A stretch of DNA of 64,000 bases from Escherichia coli (GTDB taxonomy: Bacteria > Pseudomonadota > Gammaproteobacteria > Enterobacterales > Enterobacteriaceae): NCBI RefSeq assembly GCF_044647545.1, contig NZ_CP172818.1; one strand, written 5' to 3'. Made by a program: the position numbers and the translations under genes. Below are positions 24,221 through 35,176 of the stretch, in pieces. The notes beneath the pieces are model-generated. The model was not told the DNA's origin, did no database searches, and saw nothing but the letters and a program-made list of their open reading frames with translations. How positions within the stretch are numbered: the stretch's first letter is position 1; each line of letters opens with the position of its first letter.

Positions 24221-24334
24221 ATGTGGTATTTCGCATGGATTCTGGGAACGCTTCTTGCCTGTTCGTTTGGGGTAATCACCGCGCTGGCGCTTGAGCACGT
24301 CGAATCAGGCAAAGCCGGTCAAGAAGACATCTGA
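24221..24334 (+). CDS. cydX: Cytochrome bd-I oxidase small accessory subunit (37 aa)
   Basis: ATG 14 bp after cydB stop behind AGGAG RBS; reads MWYFAWILGTLLACSFGVITALALEHVESGKAGQEDI; stop overlaps ybgE start; below ORF-track size cutoff. Confidence 0.9.
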   Translation: MWYFAWILGTLLACSFGVITALALEHVESGKAGQEDI

Positions 24335-24627
24335 TGAGTAAGATTATCGCAACCTTGTATGCGGTAATGGACAAGCGCCCCCTGCGGGCGCTTTCCTTCG
24401 TGATGGCGCTTCTGTTAGCAGGATGTATGTTTTGGGACCCATCACGTTTCGCCGCGAAGACCAGTGAACTGGAAATCTGGCATGGTTTATTGCTGATGTG
24501 GGCCGTCTGTGCTGGTGTGATTCACGGCGTGGGCTTTCGTCCGCAGAAGGTTCTCTGGCAAGGGATTTTTTGCCCTTTGCTTGCCGATATTGTTCTCATT
24601 GTCGGGCTGATTTTCTTCTTCTTTTAA
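24334..24627 (+). CDS. ybgE: Small inner-membrane protein of the cyd operon
   Basis: ORF track; 97 aa; hydrophobic. Confidence 0.88.
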   Translation: MSKIIATLYAVMDKRPLRALSFVMALLLAGCMFWDPSRFAAKTSELEIWHGLLLMWAVCAGVIHGVGFRPQKVLWQGIFCPLLADIVLIVGLIFFFF

Positions 24628-24643
24628 ATCAGAATTCTCTTTA

Positions 24644-24678
24644 AAAATTTATGGGCCGCTTCAGGCCCATAAATTTTT
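24644..24678. terminator. Bidirectional rho-independent terminator after ybgE
   Basis: 13-bp perfect stem AAATTTATGGGCC/GGCCCATAAATTT flanked by A-run and T-run. Confidence 0.7.
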
Positions 24679-24776
24679 ACGCTCCCTTAACTTGCCCTCA
24701 TTCCCAAACCTCAATCGCGCGCGTATAGTAGCAGCGTTTAAAAGCTCTAACTTTTGTTGCATTACCGGGATGTAAA

Positions 24777-25870
<1,094 letters not shown>

Positions 25871-25873
25871 GCC

Positions 25874-26302
25874 ATGGCCAGAGCGCGTGGACGAGGTCGT
25901 CGCGATCTCAAGTCCGAAATCAACATTGTACCGTTGCTGGACGTACTGCTGGTGCTGTTGCTGATCTTTATGGCGACAGCGCCCATCATTACCCAGAGCG
26001 TGGAGGTCGATCTGCCAGACGCTACTGAATCACAGGCGGTGAGCAGTAACGATAATCCGCCAGTGATTGTTGAAGTGTCTGGTATTGGTCAGTACACCGT
26101 GGTGGTTGAGAAAGATCGCCTGGAGCGTTTACCACCAGAGCAGGTGGTGGCGGAAGTGTCCAGCCGTTTCAAGGCCAACCCGAAAACGGTCTTTCTGATC
26201 GGTGGCGCAAAAGATGTGCCTTACGATGAAATAATTAAAGCACTGAACTTGTTACATAGTGCGGGTGTGAAATCGGTTGGTTTAATGACGCAGCCTATCT
26301 AA
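25874..26302 (+). CDS. tolR: Tol-Pal system protein TolR
   Basis: ORF track; 142 aa; ExbD/MotB-like. Confidence 0.95.
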   Translation: MARARGRGRRDLKSEINIVPLLDVLLVLLLIFMATAPIITQSVEVDLPDATESQAVSSNDNPPVIVEVSGIGQYTVVVEKDRLERLPPEQVVAEVSSRFKANPKTVFLIGGAKDVPYDEIIKALNLLHSAGVKSVGLMTQPI

Positions 26303-26366
26303 ACATCTGCGTTTCCCTTGCTTGAAAGAGAGCGGGTAACAGGCGAACAGTTTTTGGAAACCGAGA

Positions 26367-27632
26367 GTGTCAAAGGCAACCGAACAAAACGACAAGCTCA
26401 AACGGGCGATAATTATTTCAGCAGTGCTGCATGTCATCTTATTTGCGGCGCTGATCTGGAGTTCGTTCGATGAGAATATAGAAGCTTCAGCCGGAGGCGG
26501 CGGTGGTTCGTCCATCGACGCTGTCATGGTTGATTCAGGTGCGGTAGTTGAGCAGTACAAACGCATGCAAAGCCAGGAATCAAGCGCGAAGCGTTCTGAT
26601 GAGCAGCGCAAGATGAAGGAACAGCAGGCTGCTGAAGAACTGCGTGAGAAACAAGCGGCTGAACAGGAACGCCTGAAGCAACTTGAGAAAGAGCGGTTAG
26701 CGGCTCAGGAACAGAAAAAGCAGGCTGAAGAAGCCGCAAAACAGGCCGAGTTAAAGCAGAAGCAAGCGGAAGAAGCGGCAGCGAAAGCGGCGGCAGATGC
26801 TAAAGCGAAGGCTGAAGCGGATGCAAAAGCTGCGGAAGAAGCAGCGAAGAAAGCGGCTGCAGACGCGAAGAAAAAAGCAGAAGCAGAAGCCGCCAAAGCC
26901 GCAGCCGAAGCGCAGAAAAAAGCCGAGGCAGCCGCGGCGGCACTGAAGAAGAAAGCGGAAGCGGCAGAAGCAGCTGCAGCTGAAGCAAGAAAGAAAGCGG
27001 CAACTGAAGCTGCTGAAAAAGCCAAAGCAGAAGCTGAGAAGAAAGCGGCTGCTGAAAAGGCTGCAGCTGATAAGAAAGCGGCAGCAGAGAAAGCGGCAGC
27101 CGACAAAAAAGCAGCAGAAAAAGCGGCTGCTGAAAAGGCAGCAGCTGATAAGAAAGCAGCGGCAGAAAAAGCCGCCGCAGACAAAAAAGCGGCAGCGGCA
27201 AAAGCAGCAGCTGAAAAAGCCGCTGCAGCAAAAGCTGCCGCAGAGGCAGATGATATTTTCGGTGAGCTAAGCTCTGGTAAGAATGCACCGAAAACGGGGG
27301 GAGGGGCGAAAGGGAACAATGCTTCGCCAGCCGGGAGTGGTAATACTAAAAACAATGGCGCATCAGGGGCCGATATCAATAACTATGCCGGGCAGATTAA
27401 ATCTGCTATCGAAAGTAAGTTCTATGACGCATCGTCCTATGCAGGCAAAACCTGTACGCTGCGCATAAAACTGGCACCCGATGGTATGTTACTGGATATC
27501 AAACCTGAAGGTGGCGATCCCGCACTTTGTCAGGCTGCGTTGGCAGCAGCTAAACTTGCGAAGATCCCGAAACCACCAAGCCAGGCAGTATATGAAGTGT
27601 TCAAAAACGCGCCATTGGACTTCAAACCGTAA
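26367..27632 (+). CDS. tolA: Tol-Pal system protein TolA
   Basis: ORF track; 421 aa; GTG start; long Ala/Lys/Glu-rich helical domain II. Confidence 0.95.
   Translation: MSKATEQNDKLKRAIIISAVLHVILFAALIWSSFDENIEASAGGGGGSSIDAVMVDSGAVVEQYKRMQSQESSAKRSDEQRKMKEQQAAEELREKQAAEQERLKQLEKERLAAQEQKKQAEEAAKQAELKQKQAEEAAAKAAADAKAKAEADAKAAEEAAKKAAADAKKKAEAEAAKAAAEAQKKAEAAAAALKKKAEAAEAAAAEARKKAATEAAEKAKAEAEKKAAAEKAAADKKAAAEKAAADKKAAEKAAAEKAAADKKAAAEKAAADKKAAAAKAAAEKAAAAKAAAEADDIFGELSSGKNAPKTGGGAKGNNASPAGSGNTKNNGASGADINNYAGQIKSAIESKFYDASSYAGKTCTLRIKLAPDGMLLDIKPEGGDPALCQAALAAAKLAKIPKPPSQAVYEVFKNAPLDFKP
26650..27260 (+). repeat. Low-complexity tandem coding repeats within tolA domain II
   Basis: Repeated AAEKAAADKKAA-type units (GCGGCAGC/AAAGC motifs) visible in protein and DNA. 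Confidence 0.8.
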
Positions 27633-27764
27633 TCGCGATGTTGACTGTTCCGACGGTCAACATCAGGCACCGGTTGCCACGGGGTTCTGGTAGTTTTGTG
27701 TATTTTAGTTTGTTAACATTCTGCTAAATTATCGTGGGCCATCGGTCCAGATAAGGGAGATATG

Positions 27765-29057
27765 ATGAAGCAGGCATTACGAGTAGCATTTGGTTTTCTC
27801 ATACTGTGGGCATCAGTTCTGCATGCTGAAGTCCGCATTGTGATCGACAGCGGTGTAGATTCCGGTCGTCCTATTGGAGTTGTTCCTTTCCAGTGGGCGG
27901 GCCCTGGTGCGGCACCTGAAGATATTGGCGGCATCGTTGCTGCCGACTTGCGTAACAGCGGTAAATTTAATCCGTTAGATCGCGCTCGTCTGCCACAGCA
28001 GCCGGGTAGTGCGCAGGAAGTACAACCAGCTGCATGGTCCGCGCTGGGTATTGACGCTGTAGTTGTCGGTCAGGTCACTCCGAATCCGGATGGTTCTTAC
28101 AATGTTGCTTATCAACTTGTTGACACTGGCGGCGCACCGGGTACTGTACTTGCTCAGAACTCGTACAAAGTGAACAAGCAGTGGCTGCGTTATGCTGGTC
28201 ATACCGCCAGTGATGAAGTGTTTGAAAAACTGACCGGCATTAAAGGTGCGTTTCGTACCCGTATTGCCTACGTTGTTCAGACCAACGGCGGTCAGTTCCC
28301 GTATGAACTGCGCGTATCTGACTATGACGGTTACAACCAGTTTGTCGTTCACCGTTCACCGCAGCCGCTGATGTCTCCGGCGTGGTCACCAGACGGTTCT
28401 AAACTGGCTTATGTGACCTTCGAAAGCGGTCGTTCCGCGCTGGTTATTCAGACGCTGGCAAATGGCGCTGTACGTCAGGTGGCTTCATTCCCGCGTCACA
28501 ACGGTGCACCTGCATTCTCGCCAGACGGCAGCAAACTGGCATTCGCCTTGTCGAAAACCGGTAGTCTGAACCTGTACGTAATGGATTTGGCTTCTGGTCA
28601 GATCCGCCAGGTGACTGATGGTCGCAGTAACAATACCGAACCGACCTGGTTCCCGGATAGCCAGAACCTTGCATTTACTTCTGACCAGGCCGGTCGTCCA
28701 CAGGTTTATAAAGTGAATATCAACGGCGGTGCGCCACAACGTATTACCTGGGAAGGTTCGCAGAACCAGGATGCGGATGTCAGCAGCGACGGTAAATTTA
28801 TGGTAATGGTTAGCTCCAACGGTGGACAGCAGCACATTGCCAAACAAGATCTGGCAACGGGAGGCGTACAAGTTCTGTCGTCCACGTTCCTGGATGAAAC
28901 GCCAAGTCTGGCACCTAACGGCACTATGGTAATCTACAGCTCTTCTCAGGGGATGGGATCCGTGCTGAATTTGGTTTCTACAGATGGGCGTTTCAAAGCG
29001 CGTCTTCCGGCAACTGATGGACAGGTCAAATTCCCTGCCTGGTCGCCGTATCTGTGA
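27765..29057 (+). CDS. tolB: Tol-Pal system periplasmic beta-propeller protein TolB
   Basis: ORF track 27762..29057 (two adjacent ATGs); 430 aa from the second; signal peptide. Confidence 0.95.
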   Translation: MKQALRVAFGFLILWASVLHAEVRIVIDSGVDSGRPIGVVPFQWAGPGAAPEDIGGIVAADLRNSGKFNPLDRARLPQQPGSAQEVQPAAWSALGIDAVVVGQVTPNPDGSYNVAYQLVDTGGAPGTVLAQNSYKVNKQWLRYAGHTASDEVFEKLTGIKGAFRTRIAYVVQTNGGQFPYELRVSDYDGYNQFVVHRSPQPLMSPAWSPDGSKLAYVTFESGRSALVIQTLANGAVRQVASFPRHNGAPAFSPDGSKLAFALSKTGSLNLYVMDLASGQIRQVTDGRSNNTEPTWFPDSQNLAFTSDQAGRPQVYKVNINGGAPQRITWEGSQNQDADVSSDGKFMVMVSSNGGQQHIAKQDLATGGVQVLSSTFLDETPSLAPNGTMVIYSSSQGMGSVLNLVSTDGRFKARLPATDGQVKFPAWSPYL

Positions 29058-29067
29058 TAATAATTAA

Positions 29068-29613
<546 letters not shown>

Positions 29614-29622
29614 GAGAATTGC

Positions 29623-30414
29623 ATGAGCAGTAACTTCAGACATCAACTATTGAGTCTGTCGTTACTGGTTGGTATAGCGGCCCCCTGGGCCGCTTTTGCT
29701 CAGGCACCAATCAGTAGTGTCGGCTCAGGCTCGGTCGAAGACCGCGTCACTCAACTTGAGCGTATTTCTAATGCTCACAGCCAGCTTTTAACCCAACTCC
29801 AGCAACAACTCTCTGATAATCAATCCGATATTGATTCCCTGCGTGGTCAGATTCAGGAAAATCAGTATCAACTGAATCAGGTCGTGGAGCGGCAAAAGCA
29901 GATCCTGTTGCAGATCGACAGCCTCAGCAGCGGTGGTGCAGCGGCGCAATCAACCAGCGGTGATCAAAGCGGTGCGGCGGCATCAACGACGCCGACAGCT
30001 GATGCTGGTACTGCGAATGCTGGCGCGCCGGTGAAAAGCGGTGATGCAAACACGGATTACAATGCAGCTATTGCGCTGGTGCAGGATAAATCCCGCCAGG
30101 ATGACGCAATGGTGGCATTTCAGAATTTCATCAAAAATTACCCTGATTCAACTTACCTGCCAAACGCCAATTATTGGCTGGGTCAGTTAAACTACAACAA
30201 GGGTAAAAAAGATGATGCGGCGTATTATTTTGCTTCGGTAGTGAAAAACTATCCGAAGTCACCGAAGGCTGCAGATGCGATGTTTAAAGTCGGCGTCATC
30301 ATGCAGGACAAAGGTGACACCGCAAAAGCGAAAGCCGTATACCAGCAGGTTATCAGTAAATACCCTGGTACTGATGGCGCTAAACAGGCGCAAAAACGTC
30401 TGAACGCGATGTAA
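29623..30414 (+). CDS. cpoB: Cell division coordinator CpoB (YbgF), TPR protein
   Basis: ORF track; 263 aa; signal peptide, coiled coil, TPR-like C-terminus. Confidence 0.93.
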   Translation: MSSNFRHQLLSLSLLVGIAAPWAAFAQAPISSVGSGSVEDRVTQLERISNAHSQLLTQLQQQLSDNQSDIDSLRGQIQENQYQLNQVVERQKQILLQIDSLSSGGAAAQSTSGDQSGAAASTTPTADAGTANAGAPVKSGDANTDYNAAIALVQDKSRQDDAMVAFQNFIKNYPDSTYLPNANYWLGQLNYNKGKKDDAAYYFASVVKNYPKSPKAADAMFKVGVIMQDKGDTAKAKAVYQQVISKYPGTDGAKQAQKRLNAM

Positions 30415-30422
30415 TGCATAAC

Positions 30423-30456
30423 ACACGACCAGAAGTCGCATTATTTCTGGTCGTGT
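30423..30456 (+). terminator. Rho-independent terminator after cpoB
   Basis: Hairpin CACGACCAGAA...TTCTGGTCGTG immediately after the cpoB stop. Confidence 0.6.
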
Positions 30457-30578
30457 CGTGCGAATCATAAGCAGTTGAGTGATCTACATCGAAATTTTTG
30501 TTGCGCTCAAGTCTGAAATCAGTAATATATGCCGCCGTTGCCACGGGATATCAAACAAACCGAAAGCAACGAAAAAGT

Positions 30579-30654
30579 GGGTCGTTAGCTCAGTTGGTAG
30601 AGCAGTTGACTTTTAATCAATTGGTCGCAGGTTCGAATCCTGCACGACCCACCA
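30579..30654 (+). tRNA. lysT: tRNA-Lys (UUU)
   Basis: 76-nt GGGTCGTTAGCTCAGTTGGTAGAGCAGTTGACTTTTAATCAATTGGTCGCAGGTTCGAATCCTGCACGACCCACCA; anticodon loop CTTTTAA. Confidence 0.97.
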
Positions 30655-30730
30655 ATCGCTAAGGTGGAAGCGGTAGTAAAACGTGAAGGATAACGTTGCG
30701 TCAGCAACGGCCCGAAGGGCGAGACGAAGT

Positions 30731-30754
30731 CGAGTCATCCTGCACGACCCACCA
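30731..30754 (+). other. 3' fragment of tRNA-Lys (acceptor/T-arm remnant) in the lysT-valT spacer
   Basis: ATCCTGCACGACCCACCA is identical to the last 18 nt of the tRNA-Lys genes, with no 5' half. Confidence 0.6.
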
Positions 30755-30789
30755 CTAACATAGTTAGTTGTAGTATCCAGCGTAGTATC

Positions 30790-30865
30790 GGGTGATTAGC
30801 TCAGCTGGGAGAGCACCTCCCTTACAAGGAGGGGGTCGGCGGTTCGATCCCGTCATCACCCACCA
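30790..30865 (+). tRNA. valT: tRNA-Val (UAC)
   Basis: 76-nt GGGTGATTAGCTCAGCTGGGAGAGCACCTCCCTTACAAGGAGGGGGTCGGCGGTTCGATCCCGTCATCACCCACCA. Confidence 0.97.
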
Positions 30866-30867
30866 CC

Positions 30868-30943
30868 GGGTCGTTAGCTCAGTTGGTAGAGCAGTTGACT
30901 TTTAATCAATTGGTCGCAGGTTCGAATCCTGCACGACCCACCA
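30868..30943 (+). tRNA. lysW: tRNA-Lys (UUU)
   Basis: Identical to lysT, 76 nt. Confidence 0.97.
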
Positions 30944-30994
30944 CTAATTACGGTGGGTTCGGTGGAAGTAGTTTGTAGTATCCAGCGCAGTATC

Positions 30995-31070
30995 GGGTGA
31001 TTAGCTCAGCTGGGAGAGCACCTCCCTTACAAGGAGGGGGTCGGCGGTTCGATCCCGTCATCACCCACCA
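30995..31070 (+). tRNA. valZ: tRNA-Val (UAC)
   Basis: Identical to valT, 76 nt. Confidence 0.97.
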
Positions 31071-31073
31071 CTC

Positions 31074-31148
31074 GGGTCGTTAGCTCAGTTGGTAGAGCAG
31101 TTGACTTTTAATCAATTGGTCGCAGGTTCGAACCTGCACGACCCACCA
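31074..31148 (+). tRNA. lysY: tRNA-Lys (UUU) variant copy, 75 nt, with a 1-nt shorter T-loop
   Basis: Same as lysT except T-arm reads GGTTCGAACCTGC instead of GGTTCGAATCCTGC. Confidence 0.85.
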
Positions 31149-31196
31149 ATTTTAAAGATTGGTTCCGAGTAGAAATCTTTCAGGTAACACCCGTAT

Positions 31197-31272
31197 GGGT
31201 CGTTAGCTCAGTTGGTAGAGCAGTTGACTTTTAATCAATTGGTCGCAGGTTCGAATCCTGCACGACCCACCA
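31197..31272 (+). tRNA. lysZ: tRNA-Lys (UUU)
   Basis: Identical to lysT, 76 nt. Confidence 0.97.
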
Positions 31273-31305
31273 TCCTGAATGATTAAAGCAGCATAATCCC
31301 GCAAG

Positions 31306-31381
31306 GGGTCGTTAGCTCAGTTGGTAGAGCAGTTGACTTTTAATCAATTGGTCGCAGGTTCGAATCCTGCACGACCCACCA
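31306..31381 (+). tRNA. lysQ: tRNA-Lys (UUU)
   Basis: Identical to lysT, 76 nt. Confidence 0.97.
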
Positions 31382-31384
31382 ATG

Positions 31385-31412
31385 TAAAAAAGCGCCCTAA
31401 AGGCGCTTTTTT
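31385..31412 (+). terminator. Rho-independent terminator of the tRNA operon
   Basis: AAAAAAGCGCCCTAAAGGCGCTTTTTTG hairpin plus T-run directly after lysQ. Confidence 0.85.
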
Positions 31413-31538
31413 GCTATTCAGGCATCCTCAATTTCACTGTGTAACCTGATGACATCTTCAGAGCTTACTGTGCAAGCAACTCTACGTCGGTGGAATTAGG
31501 CGTAATTCGAGTGACTTTTCCCCACCATTCGACTATCT

Positions 31539-31556
31539 TGTTTAGCATATAAAACA
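31539..31556. promoter_or_regulatory. Putative NadR operator (NAD box) upstream of nadA
   Basis: TGTTTAGCATATAAAACA resembles TGTTTA-N6-TAAACA; about 75 bp upstream of nadA. Confidence 0.5.
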
Positions 31557-31628
31557 AATTTCACCGATAACAGCGAATATTACGCTCATGTCGGTTTTAA
31601 CGTTAAGCCTGTAAAACGAGATGGTAAG

Positions 31629-32672
31629 ATGAGCGTGATGTTTGATCCTGAAGCGGCGATTTATCCTTTCCCCCCGAAGCCGACGCCGTTAAGTATTGAT
31701 GAAAAAGCGTATTACCGTGAGAAGATAAAACGTCTGCTAAAAGAACGTAATGCGGTGATGGTTGCCCACTACTACACCGATCCCGAAATTCAACAACTGG
31801 CAGAAGAAACCGGTGGCTGTATTTCTGATTCTCTGGAAATGGCGCGCTTCGGTGCAAAGCATCCCGCTTCTACGTTGTTAGTCGCGGGGGTGAGATTTAT
31901 GGGAGAAACCGCCAAAATTCTCAGTCCGGAAAAAACAATTCTGATGCCGACACTTCAGGCTGAATGTTCACTGGATCTCGGCTGCCCTGTTGAAGAATTT
32001 AACGCATTTTGCGATGCCCATCCCGATCATACTGTCGTCGTCTACGCCAACACTTCTGCTGCGGTAAAAGCGCGGGCAGATTGGGTGGTAACTTCAAGCA
32101 TTGCCGTCGAACTTATTGATCATCTGGATAGTTTGGGTGAAAAAATCATCTGGGCACCCGACAAACATCTGGGGCGTTACGTGCAAAAACAGACGGGCGC
32201 AGACATTTTATGTTGGCAGGGTGCCTGCATTGTGCATGATGAGTTTAAGACTCAGGCGTTAACCCGCTTGCAAGAAGAATACCCGGATGCTGCCATACTG
32301 GTGCATCCAGAATCACCGCAAGCTATTGTCGATATGGCGGATGCGGTCGGTTCCACCAGTCAACTGATCGCTGCTGCGAAAACATTGCCACATCAGCGAC
32401 TTATCGTGGCAACCGATCGGGGCATTTTCTACAAAATGCAGCAGGCGGTGCCAGATAAAGAGTTACTGGAAGCACCAACCGCGGGTGAGGGTGCAACCTG
32501 CCGCAGCTGCGCGCATTGTCCGTGGATGGCCATGAATGGCCTTCAGGCCATCGCAGAGGCATTAGAACAGGAAGGAAGCAATCACGAGGTTCATGTTGAT
32601 GAAAGGCTGCGAGAGAGGGCGCTGGTGCCGCTCAATCGTATGCTGGATTTTGCGGCTACACTACGTGGATAA
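31629..32672 (+). CDS. nadA: Quinolinate synthase A
   Basis: ORF track; 347 aa. Confidence 0.95.
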   Translation: MSVMFDPEAAIYPFPPKPTPLSIDEKAYYREKIKRLLKERNAVMVAHYYTDPEIQQLAEETGGCISDSLEMARFGAKHPASTLLVAGVRFMGETAKILSPEKTILMPTLQAECSLDLGCPVEEFNAFCDAHPDHTVVVYANTSAAVKARADWVVTSSIAVELIDHLDSLGEKIIWAPDKHLGRYVQKQTGADILCWQGACIVHDEFKTQALTRLQEEYPDAAILVHPESPQAIVDMADAVGSTSQLIAAAKTLPHQRLIVATDRGIFYKMQQAVPDKELLEAPTAGEGATCRSCAHCPWMAMNGLQAIAEALEQEGSNHEVHVDERLRERALVPLNRMLDFAATLRG

Positions 32673-32709
32673 CGAATAATAAGGCGTAACGTTACGCTTT
32701 GGGGGAAAG

Positions 32710-33429
32710 ATGGATTTTTTTAGTGTGCAGAATATCCTGGTACATATACCAATAGGAGCAGGCGGTTATGATCTCTCATGGATCGAAGCGGTAGGCACGA
32801 TCGCCGGGTTGTTGTGTATTGGCCTTGCCAGTCTGGAGAAGATCAGCAACTACTTCTTTGGCCTGATCAACGTCACCTTGTTTGGCATTATTTTCTTTCA
32901 GATTCAGCTGTATGCCAGCCTGCTATTACAGATGTTTTTCTTTGCCGCGAATATTTACGGCTGGTATGCGTGGTCGCGACAAACCAGTCAGAACGAGGCG
33001 GAGTTGAAAATTCGCTGGTTGCCATTGCCGAAGGCGCTATGCTGGTTGGCGGTTTGCGTTGTTTCGATTGGTCTGATGACGGTATTTATCAATCCGGTGT
33101 TTGCATTTTTGACCCGCGTGGCAGTCATCATCATGCAAGCATTAGGATTACAGGTTGCGATGCCTGAACTGCAACCGGACGCTTTCCCGTTCTGGGATTC
33201 CTGCATGATGGTGTTATCTATCGTGGCAATGATTCTGATGACGCGTAAATATGTGGAAAACTGGCTGTTGTGGGTGATTATTAACGTGATTAGCGTCGTT
33301 ATTTTTGCACTTCAGGGCGTTTACGCCATGTCTCTGGAGTACATCATCCTGACCTTTATTGCGCTCAACGGCAGCCGGATGTGGATCAACAGCGCACGCG
33401 AAAGAGGCTCACGCGCGCTGTCCCATTAA
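32710..33429 (+). CDS. pnuC: Nicotinamide riboside transporter PnuC
   Basis: ORF track; 239 aa; polytopic membrane protein downstream of nadA. Confidence 0.93.
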   Translation: MDFFSVQNILVHIPIGAGGYDLSWIEAVGTIAGLLCIGLASLEKISNYFFGLINVTLFGIIFFQIQLYASLLLQMFFFAANIYGWYAWSRQTSQNEAELKIRWLPLPKALCWLAVCVVSIGLMTVFINPVFAFLTRVAVIIMQALGLQVAMPELQPDAFPFWDSCMMVLSIVAMILMTRKYVENWLLWVIINVISVVIFALQGVYAMSLEYIILTFIALNGSRMWINSARERGSRALSH

Positions 33430-34367
33430 TGGTGATGATGTGAATGGCCAGACACCCCTTCATTCAGGTGGCAGTCTGGCCCATGACAAGGTTGATATTC
33501 CATCTGAATAGTGGCGTGCTCAATCTGATAGTGATCCATCAGGTAGTGTTGGATCTGATCTAACAAGGCATCGTGATCGTGTGGCGGGATCACCTGCACA
33601 TGCAGCGTCATCACCGGCTTCTCGCCTACCATCCATACATGTACATGGTGCACATTGCGGACTTCCGGGATTTCCCGGCACATACGACGCTTCAGTTCGG
33701 CGATATCCAGCGATACCGGTGCACCTTCAAGTAATTCATTCACGCTATCTTTCAACAGTCGCCACGCGCTACGCAGAACCAGAAGCGACACCAGTATTGA
33801 GAGAATGGGGTCAGCAGGTGTCCAGCCGGTCCAGATAATAATCAACGCGGCAATAATAGCCCCAACCGAACCCAGCAGGTCCCCGAGCACATGCAGTGCC
33901 GCTGCTCGCACGTTGAGGTTTTTCTCTTCGCTGCCGTGATGAAGTAACCAGAAAGAAAGTATATTTGCCAGCAGCCCAGCCACGGCAATTGCCATCATCA
34001 TGCCGCCCTCGACCGGACGCGGAGTGCGGAAGCGTTCTATCGCCTCCCAGACAATCAAAATAGTAATCACCACCAGGGCGATGGCATTCACAAACGCCGC
34101 GAGCGTGGTCAATCTTAGCCAACCGAAAGTGTGGCGAATGGTGGGAGGACGACGGGAAAATTGCACTGCGAGTAGGGCGAAAAGCAGGGCGGCAGTATCG
34201 GTCAACATATGACCCGCATCGGCCAGCAATGCCAGAGAACCGGAAAGAAAACCACCAATGACTTCTACGAGCATAAACCCGGCAGTCACGCCGAAAGCAT
34301 ACAACAAGCGACGAGCATTATTATCTTCTGGCAGGTGTGAGGAAGTGTGTGAGTGTGAGTGCGCCAT
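33426..34367 (-). CDS. zitB: Zn(II) efflux transporter of the cation diffusion facilitator family
   Basis: ORF track; 313 aa; His-rich termini; convergent 4-bp overlap with pnuC. Confidence 0.93.
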   Translation of the reverse strand: MAHSHSHTSSHLPEDNNARRLLYAFGVTAGFMLVEVIGGFLSGSLALLADAGHMLTDTAALLFALLAVQFSRRPPTIRHTFGWLRLTTLAAFVNAIALVVITILIVWEAIERFRTPRPVEGGMMMAIAVAGLLANILSFWLLHHGSEEKNLNVRAAALHVLGDLLGSVGAIIAALIIIWTGWTPADPILSILVSLLVLRSAWRLLKDSVNELLEGAPVSLDIAELKRRMCREIPEVRNVHHVHVWMVGEKPVMTLHVQVIPPHDHDALLDQIQHYLMDHYQIEHATIQMEYQPCHGPDCHLNEGVSGHSHHHH

Positions 34368-34480
34368 GACGAGTCATCCCTTAATTATTCTCACTTAACT
34401 TTATGACATCATACTGCTTTTAGAAGGGAAAAATTAAAAGGGAGAGACTCCGCTCTCCCATTATTGGCTATTTCGCAGGG

Positions 34481-34861
34481 TTACTGCGTGGTACCGTCGG
34501 TTTTGGTATCGACATCATTGTTGATGCCATCACCGGTTTGGACTTTTTTATTGATATCAGGACAGCGGCCATCTTTGCACATGGTGTTCTTGTGCTCTTC
34601 ATCTTTGGTCATTCCGTCATTGTTCATTGAAGAACCATCCGAATGCAGCATTGTGCCACCAGAACCGGTATTTACCCCGTTATTGTCGACGTTATTTGGC
34701 GCGACATTTTCACGGGCGTCAGGGGCTACCTGGCCCGCATCAGCTGCGGCGTTTGCCTGGCCGTTATTAGTTTGTGCTCCGCTATCGGCAGCCAGTGCGG
34801 CACCGCTGGCAAGGCTTAGAGTGGCAGTCAAAAATAGTGTGGCCAGTTTTGTCATTTTCAT
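34481..34861 (-). CDS. ybgS: Secreted low-complexity (Asn/Asp/Gly-rich) protein of unknown function
   Basis: ORF track; 126 aa; signal peptide [24 protein letters not shown]. Confidence 0.85.
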
Positions 34862-35088
34862 AGGATGCTCCTGTTATGGTCGTTATGTCGGATAACCTCT
34901 TCCAACAGTGCATTTGCAGGTGAATATAAGGCAATGGTTTAAGATTTCAGCCAGGCAAAGATACCCAGCAGAGAATCTTGAAATAATTAACAAACAAAGG
35001 AGTTACAGTTAGAAATTGTAGGAGAGATCTCGTTTTTCGCGACAATCTGGCGTTTTTCTTGCTAATTCCAGGATTAATCCGTTCATAG

Positions 35089-35106
35089 TGTAAAACCCCG
35101 TTTACA
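35089..35106. promoter_or_regulatory. TyrR box in the aroG promoter
   Basis: TGTAAAACCCCGTTTACA is a perfect TGTAAA-N6-TTTACA palindrome about 70 bp upstream of aroG. Confidence 0.7.
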
Positions 35107-35176
35107 CATTCTGACGGAAGATATAGATTGGAAGTATTGCATTCACTAAGATAAGTATGGCAACACTGGAACAGAC

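Noticed and set aside
26705-27379. 224-aa Ala/Phe/Ser-rich antisense ORF, and 26800..27288 Leu/Pro/Gln-rich ORF, over the tolA repeat region
   Set aside because: Artifacts of the tolA tandem repeat read on the opposite strand; composition mirrors the repeat.
30655-30789. Possibility of an additional full tRNA gene in the lysT-valT spacer
   Set aside because: Only the 3' 18 nt of tRNA-Lys is present; no D-arm or anticodon arm, so it is a fragment, not a gene.
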